Source: Monocercomonoides exilis PA203
Lineage: Eukaryota; Protista; Preaxostyla
Direction of reading: 5' to 3'
NCBI GenBank assembly: GCA_001643675.2
Contig: LSRY02000016.1
Span: forward strand, 124,001 to 188,000
DNA: 64,000 bases
The first letter of the stretch is position 1, and each line of letters begins with the position of its first letter. The notes under the pieces are model-generated. The model saw nothing but the letters and a program-made list of their open reading frames with translations. It was not told the DNA's origin and did no database searches. The position numbers were made by a program, and so were the translations under genes. Positions 35,836 to 47,700 of the stretch are shown piece after piece.

Positions 35836-38226
35836 GATTTAATTCTGCTTGTGTTTGACTTTTTAACATATTTTTAATTAATGAATTTGTTCATTATTTG
35901 CGATTCTCTAAAACATTTGTAACTTTTTATACATACTAGGAGATTGTCAAATTATCAACAAGCAAGCATACTTTTATAACAGAAAATAAAACAGTTGCGG
36001 GAGAAGTTATTGGGGATTTTATGCCAACCACGCATCCAGAAACACTTGAGTCAAAGATATTGCTCTTCCCATTTGAACCAGCAACACACGAAATGACGAA
36101 AAATGCAGGGAACTATACTATTCTTGTGGACAAAACTCAAGTTGACTCGACGGGAACACAGTGCAACAAGATAGGAACAAGCTACGAAGCCTTTTGGCAG
36201 CAGGGCAATCGATGCGAGGCGCAAATGGGAAACTGCTTGAATAACCAGATTGAAGAATTCATCAATGGTGATCAAAACAGAATAGCAAAAGGAGAAAAGC
36301 CACTTTACCTTCTCAACCGCTTTGAAGGCTGGGATTTCATGAAAAGTAACACATCAGATGTTTGAGTTAACTATATTTTATTCAAAGTTTTTCACTTTTG
36401 TGGTATATTTATTCTGTGTTTCTGTTCTATTTCTTTTTCATCTGCCTTATGGTTTTCAGTCAACATTGCGGCTGCAATACAGAGAGCGTTCGCCAACACT
36501 TATCACACTCACAGTTTCGGCTGATAATGTTCGGATGTATAAAAATCGACCTGTTGGGAGAATTCAAGACTGTTACATTGAGAACTTTGAAGCATTGACA
36601 GAAGGAACGGTCCATGTGACATTGGAAAACACTGGATATGTGGATGGAGATTTTGATGTATGCAGCTTTGAATGAGCTTCTTTATTTTAAAATTTTAATG
36701 AAAAGGTTTTTCATGATAAAAAAGAAAGAAATGAGAGAGAAAATTAAAATTAAATGAATAAAATGAAAGATTATTTTTGAAAACGCAAAAGATTATTTTT
36801 TACAAAAAATAAGCACTCAAACTATTCTTTAATCGTTTTGTTTCTATTTCGTTTATTTTTAATCAGATTGCAGTCAGAAACTGCACCGACAACATCACAC
36901 CATCGCCATCTCAAAGAGTCTTTGTGGCCAAGAAAGAGGCACACAGCACCACGTTTTCTGTTCGCACAGGCACTCAGTTCTCAACAGAGAACAAATGTGT
37001 GGCATATCTCTCAAACACACTGGGAGACGAGCTGGATGAGTGGGAGTTGCAGTTCAACACAACACAGTCGAATCCGAAGGATCCAGTCATTTCTATTACC
37101 CCACACGAGAACAACACTGAAATAGGAGTCCAGGAAGCGAGCAACGAATGCATTTGTGAATTGTGTGTTGTAATATTTAAGAGAGAGTGTGTGTGTGTGT
37201 GTGTGTGTGTGGATGAACTAATGGCGCAGTTATATTCTTTAATGTTTAATTCTCGAATTGTTTGGTATTTATAAAGTGGTATTTGCATCATACTTCAAAA
37301 TAATATTTCATTTTTCTTTTTTCTTTCTTTTTTTTTTTGAATACAATTTTCACAGCTACAATTTGGTGTGCATTTGCCTTTCTCTTTCAATTTGCTGGCG
37401 TCGCCTGCTTAACGTGGCGCTGATAGTTGTTGGCATTCTGGTGACTATTTTTGTGATTATTCCAATCATCGTCAAAATTATAAGAAGAAGAAATAAAAGA
37501 AAACAGGAAGAGCGAATAACGTGTGTCAAAGAGATTCAACAAGAAGTGATAGCAAAACAATCAACAAAGTCGAAAAAGCGCAGCCGTAAATCAGCCGAGT
37601 CAGAGCTTCTGGCTGTTCTGAAGGGAGTTGCTGTTCAGTCTCTTCAGAAATCAGAAGGGAAACGGAATGGCAAATCCAAAGCAGCTAAAAAGAAAAAGAA
37701 GATTGGAAAAAAAGGGAAAGGGAAAATCAACAGAAGAGACGATAGCAGCGAGGAAGATGAGGAGTCAAGCTCTGAAAACAGCAACGTATCAGATGTAGAC
37801 GAGGATGAGAGTGAAAGCGAGGCAGAGAAGAGAAAACTGATGGAACTTCTGAAAGAAGTGTATGGAATTGACATTGAAAATGAAAATGATGAAGAAGAAG
37901 AGGAAGAGGAAGAAGATGATGAAGATGAAGATGATGAAGACGAATATGCTTATGATGATGAAGAGGAAGCTGAAAGTGAATGCGACAAAGAAATCAACTG
38001 CTGTGCTTATGATAGCGATGAAAGTTCTGCTTCATCGAACACTCCGCTGCCTGTTAACAGAGTAAGTGAAGATGATTCAGAATTGCCAGTCAAAGGGAAA
38101 AAAGCAAACAAACAAAAAAACAAAAGAATGCTGAAATATCAGGTTCTGAAGGAGAACAACATCAAAGCCCAAAAGATTCCGAGATCTCTGAAATCTTCAA
38201 AAAGCAGAGCGATAATTGTCTCGTAA
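34689..38226 (+). CDS. HAP2: HAP2/GCS1 gamete fusogen (class II fusion protein), ~7 exons
   Basis: Signal peptide, then LLSSSSLDIC...CEKKIVMAL; PTCG...IPYSFGFCCDC; SAHCLRF; HAP2-GCS1 motif CNKIGTSYEAFWQQGNRCEAQMGNCLNNQ; Ig-like domain III (FEALTEG, NTG..GDF); Cys-rich stem, TM and basic tail. Approximate exons 34689-34847, 34947-35291, 35561-35716, 35940-36359, 36460-36657, 36867-~37162, 37356-38226. Confidence 0.92.
35778..35834. repeat. (TG)n microsatellite in a HAP2 intron
   Basis: About 28 uninterrupted TG units. A shorter (TG)n lies at ~37187-37211 and a CT/CTCATT tract at ~35397-35450, in other HAP2 introns. Confidence 0.95.
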
Positions 38227-39088
38227 ATGTTTTATATTATTTCTTTTAATTTTCTAGTGTAGTTCTCATTATTAAAGAAAATAGCATTTCATTTGTTGTT
38301 TTTATAAACCTTATTTTCTTTTCATATCAATTTTGTCTCTTTTTTTTTAACCTTTGCTTTTTTTGTGTTTTGCTTCTATTTCTTCAATTTTTATTTTAAA
38401 AAATTAGTAAAGTTGAATTCACATTACGAATGTTTTTTTTTATAAATTCTATAAGCAAATAGCATTTTAATGCCCTGTTCATAAATCTATTCACAAATAA
38501 ATAGATTTCACTGAAAGAATGATTCTATTACAATCATTAATGGATGCTCATGAACAAAAAGTAATTTAAAAGCTTAAAAAAATAGCAGAGGGAATGGAAT
38601 AAATGATTACTAATAAACAAAAAAAAATTAATAAAAGAAAAAAATAAGCCATAAGATTGATTCTAATCCAAAAGTCGCAAAAATAAATATAATTTCGGGT
38701 GTTTATCATGGCAACAGACAGTCAAATTAAAACATATCAATATAAATAAACATTCAGATTCGAATAATCAAAACGAAGTGGAGTAATAGCAATACACACT
38801 AAAACATGCATATTTATTAACGTATGACGTGGTTGCAGAATTAAGGCGTATACAAAATATCAATAAATAGAATGATGGGCAATAAAGCAACTGTATCAAA
38901 GTTGCGGAATGTGTTGAAAAGAAAAATAAAATAAAAATTTTACGAGAGCTGAATAACAAAAAAGACATTTCAATAAATAAATAATAAAGAACTATTTAGA
39001 ATAATTGATTGGGATATATTTTTTTTGCCCGATAAAACAGAAAAATAGATGGAAAATCACAGAATGCAAACTCATCACAAAAAGAAAT

Positions 39089-42000
39089 TCAAGTAGGCTC
39101 TTTTGATACCGAAATTTCGCGAACTTTGCGGAGAAAATGCTTCGAAACACGGCAATACGAATGGAAAATTTTGCGGTCCTCGCTTTTTGCATCGTCAGAA
39201 TTGATGAAGACAAGCAGCGAGGGCGGAAAGCAGATGTTGTAGAAGTCGAGCGAGTCAACTTCTTTCTCCAGCACGGACAGCGGCGCGTTCTCCTTCAAAT
39301 ACGTCGCTGCCTCGCGGTCTATTTTCATCACGTGCTCCGAAAGCCACGCCCGGATGAAGTGCACCAGATGCTCCAGGGCCTTGTCTGAGTCCAGCTTCTT
39401 TGTGCCCAGCTCCATCAGCCGCATGGCCATGACGATGTGGTGCGCCTCGTGCTGCCTGAGGAACGAGTGGGGCAGAGAATACGCCTGCATCAGCTGCTCC
39501 TCGTTGGCAAAGTTGCCCAGCATCACATTCACAAAGCGCAGGAACGCCACATGCGTCTCAGCCGCATCCTCTCCTTCCATCGCCACAGCTGCATCCAGCG
39601 CAGCGTTGCAGGCAACCAGATGGGCAGAGTCGAAGAGGTTGGCATCGATGTTGTACTTCTCGTTCCACCGCATCGTGTCAAATGTCGTGTCATTCACTGG
39701 ATCCAGCTCCATAATCGTCCCTGTCGTTTTGGAGATGTAGAAGACGTGCCGTCGCATGGGAATCATGCACACAACATACGAAACAAGAAGTATCACCCAG
39801 TGGATCACAAACATCAGTATGAGCAGCACTCGATACGAATTCACAATGCTTTTCTGCTCGCGGATGAGAGCGACGCTGAACTTGTTGATTCCGCCTGTCA
39901 GATCATATTGTATTGCAGTGTGCACCATCTGCAGCCTCGTGTCATTCAGCATCAATTTCGACACATTCGTTTCTGAGGCAAATGACTGTGACTGTGTCAG
40001 AAACGCTGTGATGAGCCCTTCCAAACCAGCATACGGCGGCTTCATCCCATAAATCCTGTCTTTGTTGTCGCAGTCTGCTCTCCAGGGGTTCTCCAGGCAG
40101 TTTGTCTGGTCCATCATCAGCTTGCTGAAAGAAGACTGAGGCACCAGCGTCTTCCGCACAGAAAGCCCATCAATTAGCTCGTCTCCAGTGATTGCACCGT
40201 ATTTGGATGGCTTTGCACCTTCGCACAGCCGCTGGTGGATGAGAGTGAAAAAGGAGATGGTTTGGTTGATCAGCACAAGCTGCAGCGTCTTGTTGGGCGA
40301 CATGTGGGACAAGTCGTGCCAGAGAGGGGCGGTTCCATATGGATACTCGTAGTTCACAGGAAGATCTTCCAAAACAGGATCAGCTGCATTCACCATCGAC
40401 GACGCACAATGCCCGACAAGAATGAAACGATATGCTGACAGCAAAACAGCAGAGTTCATGTCTCCACACGCCTTGGCTGTTATGATGGCAATGATGTAAA
40501 AGGCCTCAGCTGACCCGATGATGAGGATGGCGCCAGAGAGAATCTCAAAAAAAAGCCGAGGTGACAATACCATCACATTCTTGCTGATCTGCGCAGCACG
40601 CTCCTCCCGCAGCTCCTCGTCTCGTTTCTCTTTCAGCTGCTGCTGGTGCTCTTCGGACTCTTTCAGTCCGTATGGATCAGTTGACATGTGCTCTGTCTTG
40701 TTCTTTGGTGTCAGCGGAGGAATTCGCGAACTCTGTGCAGATGAAGTGCTGCTGGCCACTTTGATGGCATCTTGTTTGGCTTCCAGATGATGAGGTGTTT
40801 TCTGCTCGTGTTGTGATGCAGTGTTGGGAGACAAATATTCGTGTGTGTGGAATCCACTGGGGTAATTCATCGATTCGTCTGCTTTGCTCTCGTGTCTGCT
40901 TCTGCTGCTCTTCTTGTTGCTGTTGCCTTCTGCGGCAGATGATGTCGACAGGCTGTTGTTGTTCAGAGGAATCAGATAGAATGGCTGGGTGTCTGCTGTC
41001 TGCACAGTGGGCGCTGTTGATCGAGATGCATTTGAAGTGTGGCTGTGAGTGCTTTGGGGAGTTGTTGGGAGGAAATGAGGTGATGCTCTGTTGGGTGTGC
41101 GTGAAGGTGAAGGAATAGCTGGGGGAGAACCTGAAGGTGAATTGGAAGAAGAAGCAGAAGAGGATGATGATGAGGAAGAAGAAGAAGATGGTTGAGAAAT
41201 GGCATGTTGTGGAAGATTGCTTCGATGGTTTTGAGGTGTTTTTGAAGTGCTCATCAGAATATCCAATCTCTTGTTAAACATTTCGTTGTAGTCGTCATTC
41301 ACCATCTCAATGTCCTTCAGGAGTTTTGAGCTGGATGCTCTGCTCATCCAAGTTGCTGTGTGTTCGGTGAATGAAGCAAGAGCAGCGTCGTGCAAAGAGC
41401 CGCCTTCTTCTCCTTTCTCGTCGTCTGGGTCAAAACCCGGGTCCATTTTCTGCCGATTGATCAGCTTCAGCACTTTCTTCTTCGGAGCAGAAAAGAACTC
41501 TTCGAGCACATACCTCCGCTCCACCGACAGCTTCCGCACAGATTTGAACACCTCAAACCAGAACAGCACGCAGGCAAAGAAAGTGATGGTTATCCCGACG
41601 ACAGAGGTGATGATGTAGTATAAGTTGATGTCCTTCTGTGCGTGGATGATGCAGATGACGATCAGCTCCTTCAGATGCTCCATCATCGTCACAGGCACAT
41701 TCGCCTTCAACCACACGATGATGTCCACTGCCATCTGCAGCGTCAGCACCGCTGTGTCTGTCTGCGGCAGGTCGAGCGCCCAGTTCTGCACATTCTTCAC
41801 CATTTCGATGATGTTCGCCTTTCGCCATGTCAAGTCTTCCACTCTTGTGCGGTGGAGGTGGATGACAATTTGGTCGAGCACTTCTCTTTCGAGCATCCTT
41901 CGCTCGTGCTCGTGTGGGATGAACATGTTGCTATAGAGCAGCCGCTGAGAGAGTGTGTTGGAGTCCATGTGAAGTGCATCAGAAATAACAGAGTGAGATG

Positions 42001-44622
42001 GAATGAAAACGAGATTGTCGATGTCAACAGGAGGGGACAACGTGTAGTAATAATATTTCGCATAGACAAAGACATGATATGTCTGAAGCTGCAGTTGTGA
42101 GACGTTCTTGATGAGGTCCGTGTAAGTGGCAGCTCTGTTAAAAGTGATGAACGAGTATAAGAAGATTGAGATACCAGGGATAACAACAAGAAAGAGACAG
42201 GTGAACATGATTTTCCGGAAGTGGGGCAATATCTTCCGCTGCTCATTGGCCAAGTCGAGGTTCTTCTTCTTCCCTTTGATCGACGACTGCAGAGTGATCG
42301 CGGCTCGCTTCTGCATCACCGCCCGTGTCTGCTTCTGCGCTCCCTTTTCGTGGCTCAGAATGATGTTCTTCATCAGCGGTGCCAGTCGAGATGCTCCTGT
42401 GCTGCTCTTCGTGCTGCTCTTGTCGCTGAGTGCCAGTCTGCTCTTCTCCTCGTCAGACAGCAGGCTCTGCTGCTGCATCTCGCTCAGCTCTTCCTCCAGC
42501 TCTGACACATACTGCAGCAGCATCTGTGCTTCGTCGTCGTGCCGCTCCACAACAACCAGATGGGACGCGTATGACCGGAGGATGCGGATGCTCGTGGGGT
42601 GGTCGCCCAGCAGAGAGATGTACAGCTTGGTGGCACGCTGGTTGGCAGCCACCACTTCGTTGAGGAGGAACACTGAGCGGCTGATGTCGATGTTCTCGCG
42701 CAGCATTCCCACCCACAGCTGCATCAGATACCCTTTCGCCTTCTCCGACTCTTCCTCTGCCTGCTGCAGCCCTTCCATGTTCCCGAAGAACTGCACCCGG
42801 TTGTTCAATGCGTTGAACTCTTCGTCGTCGCTCCGTGCTCGCTCAGGGTGGAGTGCAAGATGACGCTGCCACATCAGCATTTCTGTCTCTGCCGTCAGCT
42901 CTGAAGCCAGCCACCTCTCCACAAACGTCGGCGCACACTGCCGCATGATCCGCACACACTCGTCGACAGACGACAGCTTCTTTGTGACGTAGCGGTGGAA
43001 CAACGCAGTGGCTATCCAGAGCATCGACGATCCTTTCAGCCGCTGCGTCGCATCGACAAGAATCGCCTCGGCCAAGTCGATGCACTCCTTCCGCTTGAAG
43101 AAAGGCGGGTTGAACACAAACAGGACGGCTTGCAGCACACGCAGAGGGGACTGGTATTTCGGTAGGACACGGGGCTTGAGTGTGTGAAGTGGGAGTTGAG
43201 CCTGCTGTGAATGTGCAGGCAAGGAAGCGAGGGGAGGGAGGGATGTGGTGGACATTGTGACTGTCTGGTTCTGGGAAGATGCCTGCAGACTTGATGGGAA
43301 TCCAGCATATGCTCCACCTGGGAAGAGCAGGACTTGATCATCGGCTTCTGCGTAAGTCGTTCTATTCTTCCTTTTCTGAGGCAGAATTGGCACTTCTTCT
43401 CCATCTCGCATGGCCCACAGCGATCTTCCTTTTATCTTTGTCACCCAGCCAGCCAGAAAGGCAAATATGACGCTGAATATTACCCAGATGATCAGCGCAA
43501 AGCCAGAAATAAGCTCAGACAGATCGCGTCCGTGGACAGCAGTGTGAACGATGGCTGCAAGCAGGAAAGGAATGCGCGCTGTGATAAAGCCAGACATCAG
43601 GGCATTTCCTTTAAGTTGATAAAACGGCTGCACAAAAAATAAAATGAGAAGCTGGAGAACTGTAACTCCAAGTGCGGTGGAACATGTGGCAAGCGGGTGA
43701 TAAGGAAAGACGGTGTTAATAACGACGCTTATTGTTGTGAAAACAACAGATAAAGCATCCATAAGGCCAGATTGCGAAGAAAAAAGTGAGCTGCCATTTC
43801 CACGAGGTGCATAATTAAACAAAAATAGACGGTGAATGAGTGTTGATAAAAAATGAACAACTGCAAGGCAAAGGCCTACTACTAGTAAAGGTAAATGTGC
43901 ATCGTCATTGCATCCCAAAGCTTCATTGGTTGAGGGATCTTCCGACGTATAGCATAACAATGGAGTTAAATACACGTTTAAAACAGGAATAAAAAGAATG
44001 CTAGTTGTAATAGACCCAATGAGCGTCGTGATTTTTAGAAAAATCTGCAGTTTATTGCGTATATTCGGGAAAAACCCAAGAACAGTTGTTCCACCCAAGC
44101 CAAATATAAGCATTATTGTGCACAAAATAAACATTACCAAAAATGTTGTCTTGCTTATCCAGCAAAATGTAAAATCAAATAAGCTGTCATTCAAAAGATA
44201 ATAAAATAATAATCATCGCGAAGATAAGAAAAGCACACGTGAGAAATGGAATATTTTGTGAATTAAAATAAGTAAAGGATTTTAGCGGAAATGATGATTT
44301 TGCGAATGCTATCCATTGAATGGTTATTACCAAATATTTCCATATAGAAGCAGGTGTAGAAAAAAAGCAATTCTTTTACAAAAGCAAAGTTAAAAATAAA
44401 ATAAAATAAATGTTTAGAAAATGCGTACCTTATAAATTTGGTGGAGAAGCGAAAAAAAACTAAAATAATTTAAAAATACATTTAGCTAATTTTTAAATTA
44501 AAAAATATAGCAAACAAGTTCATTCTCCTTCCAAAATTAACGTTCTCTACGGCACGACGTCCTTTTGATTGTCCTAAAAGGGACAAACGTAAATACTCGG
44601 CATCATCGTCAGATGAAGCCAT
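39089..44622 (-). CDS. TmcB/TmcC-like multi-pass membrane protein with helical (TPR-like) region and C-terminal hemerythrin domain
   Basis: 1701-codon ORF plus short 5' exons from the ATG at 44622. N-terminal TM bundle (LFFVQPFYQLKGN); helical region (LLGDHPTSIRILRSYASHL); further TM pairs; C-terminal FDSAH...NFANEEQLM...HEAHH...WLSEHVMKID hemerythrin pattern. Confidence 0.75.
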
Positions 44623-44767
44623 TTGAGTAAAGAAGCACTGCTATATCTTTATTTTTCTGATCCTTAACCCATGCTATGTTTTTTATTTGAAGTTTTTTAA
44701 TCTTCAGAACGAATTATTACGGGCAATAAAGACTATTCGAAACTAAATACGAGGGAGTCATTTATAA
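44623..44767. promoter_or_regulatory. Compact divergent (bidirectional) promoter region
   Basis: Only 145 bp separate the divergent ATGs at 44622 (-) and 44768 (+). Confidence 0.45.
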
Positions 44768-47700
44768 ATGTCACGTGAAACTCCATGGGTAAATAAATCA
44801 GATGAATCTACTGATGCACTCCTTCAACTTGCTTCACATTCTGGATTGCTTGTTATACAAAATGTTGGACCTTTATCTTTTGTAATTCGAGATGCAAATG
44901 GTCGTAAAAATAAAGTTTCTCTGGGAGGCGTAAATATATGTTCGTGCCAAAAGAGAAGAGGGGATTTATGCGTACATATTGCTTTTGTTGTTACAAGAGT
45001 ATTTCGAATTCCAACAACAAATCCTTTAGCTTGGCAAAGGGGGTACATTGATCGTGAACTTACTCAGCTATTGAAGGGTTCAGTTATATCGCAACAACAA
45101 GAAATGATTCATCACCGCAGATCCTCATCTCCTGCAAGTCATTCATCGTCATCCTCTTCTTCTTCAAACAAAGAGCGACCAGTTGTCGAACAAAGAGCGA
45201 TAGGACCTGATTCAATTTGTGCAATTTGTCAAGAAGAAATGAACATTAAGCAGCCTCTGTCTTATTGCAGGTTTGGATGTGGAAACAGTGTTCATACTAG
45301 ATGTTTAGGATTTTGGGCTCAACACAATAAATCAATTGGTAACACTATTAACTGTCCGTTTTGTCGCGCGGAATGGGGACCGATTGAGACGGCAGCTCCT
45401 CCGCGGTCGACTTGTCCATTTGTTCATTCTCGTTCGTCGTGTTCAGAATGCCGCATGTCTCCAATAGTAGGTCCTAAATTGCGATGCATGATATGCAGTG
45501 ATTATAATCTCTGTGTAGAATGCTATCGCAGAGGGGCGCATTCTAGACACTCTTTTCAATGCTATGACACAAACAGCTGTATGCCTCGTCTTCTTTCAGG
45601 CAGTGCTTTGGGAGGGAGAACGAGAATAGATGGCCTTTCTCCCAGTGAGATTTCTGAGTTGCAGCAGAGAGAGATCACACCAGAAGACTATGCTCTGCTA
45701 CTCCAGCTGGACGAGGTGCATACTCAAGCACGGAAGTTCCCTCTTTCTTTGCGCCTTATCACTCTTCTTCTGGATGCATCTTCTTCATCTGAGCAATCAC
45801 AGTCCATTGGTACCTGTGCTGTGTGTCACAACGAATTGTATCCTGCTGAAGGAGAAACCGACCCAAGCAAGCGCATTCGCAGTCTCGCCTGTGGCCATCT
45901 GTTCCATGCAGGATGTATCGACAAGCAGCTCCTACTGTCTGATTTATGCCCCATTGATAATATGCCTGCCATCGACTATGCATCTCTTGTGGATGTTGAA
46001 GATGCTGTGAAAGAAAAAATAATGGCAGCACGCAAAAGCAAACCGCATTCGCATCCATCTTCTCCACATTTATCAACAAAGGATTCGCCCTCATCTTCTT
46101 CGTCTTCGTCTTCATTTTCATCTTCATCAGCAGAACAGCACATTGGACACCTGAAATCTGGGCATCTTCGCGATGAGCATCTGACGAAAATGGAAAGTGG
46201 CATTCCAAATCTGATGCTGGATGGGATATCTATTGAGGCACATCATTCAAAGAATGGATCGTCTGATATGACTTCTTCCTCTTCCATTTCACAGCTGTCT
46301 TCTCCAACAGCCACTTCACTCTCTGCATCTCCTCAGCCACATTCCCAATCTTCAGACCAATTAGATCTCAATCTCTTTGCTAGCACACCACACTCCACTC
46401 ACATCGATCCTTTTATTCCTCCGCCGCTTCGTCTTCCTTCTCGTTCTCGTTCGCAGTCACGTCATTCACATCAGCCACAACAGCTCCAGCCGCAAAAGCC
46501 TGGTTCATTGGGGAGAGTTGCCAGGGGACGTTCTCTCATTTCTCCATTTCGCTCGGCCTCAGCAAGCAGAGAGAAGTCTGCCTCTCCTGGTACCTTCTCA
46601 TCGGCTCAGCGTTTTACTCCAGTGGCACGCGAAGATGTTTCCTCGTTGGTTCTTGCTCCGTTTCAGCAGCCTGACTTGCACATTGGCCAATCATCGGGAG
46701 CAGACACGCAAACGAGGAACTTATCGAGCAACAGATACGACAGAACACGCCAGCTTCAAAATGAATATCATGCGACTTCTGAAAGGCGTCCCAAGCAGAA
46801 TCCACACACCCCGCCTTCGATGCAGACGAGGACTGCGCTTCTGTTTGAGGTGATGGGAAGACGCCTCGACGGAGGAGCAGAGCAAGCAGCACCAACAAGT
46901 CAGAGAAGGACTCCTCAGAGTGAACAGACAAGGGCAGCATTGCACACACAAAGGGCGATGAAGATGAGGCAGGCAAACCCGACAAGACACAGCTCGCAAA
47001 GCGGAACACCTCCTTCTATTGTTGCAGAGCGGATTCTGCCTCTGCTCCAGCCGATTGTGACTGCACAGGCACCAACATTCACACGCACAACTGACACTGC
47101 TGGAGGAAGTTTTCCTTCATCTTTTCCATCTTCTTCTGCAAGTATGCAACTTTTACAACAAAATCTAATGTTATCTTCTCCTTCTGGTTTTGCACTGTCA
47201 CCTGAAAACAGCTTCTCTTCAGGTGAAATGCAAACAGACTCTGCGAACATCACATCCATCCAGCTGGATCCAATTGCAGACGATGAAGATCATCATCTTG
47301 AATCAGGTTCCTCCACATCGCGTCCGTCTTCGCAGGAGTATCATCTTTTGAGTGCAGCGCGAATAAACAGATCAGCCGATCAAAAACCAGGAGGCACTTT
47401 GTATCGAGGGCATGTTGGGCTGTCTGCTCATTCTTCTTCTTCTTCTTCTTCTTCTTTGAATGTGCTGGAATCAGATTATGAGAATGCCTTGGCTGATGAA
47501 AGGAGCAATTACTATGCAAATGGCGGGGGAGAGGTTAATAATGAGTCTCATTCACAACAGTTTCAGAGAACTTCAAGCTTCGATAAAAGTGCAATGCAGC
47601 CTTCTGTTATCATTGGCAGTGCTAAAAGCAGAAGTCGCAGAGGATCGGACAGTTTGGCCGCAGCTGGCCCGTTTTATTCAGCTGCCAATGCAACTAGAGA

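Noticed and set aside
35240-35877. ORFs ending in poly-(CV)
   Set aside because: Translation through HAP2 introns and the (TG)n microsatellite.
39137-43642. Plus-strand ORFs and raised GC suggesting a horizontally acquired island
   Set aside because: They are antisense shadows of the TmcB-like gene. The same GC rise occurs within the dynein gene body, so it reflects codon usage in long exons.
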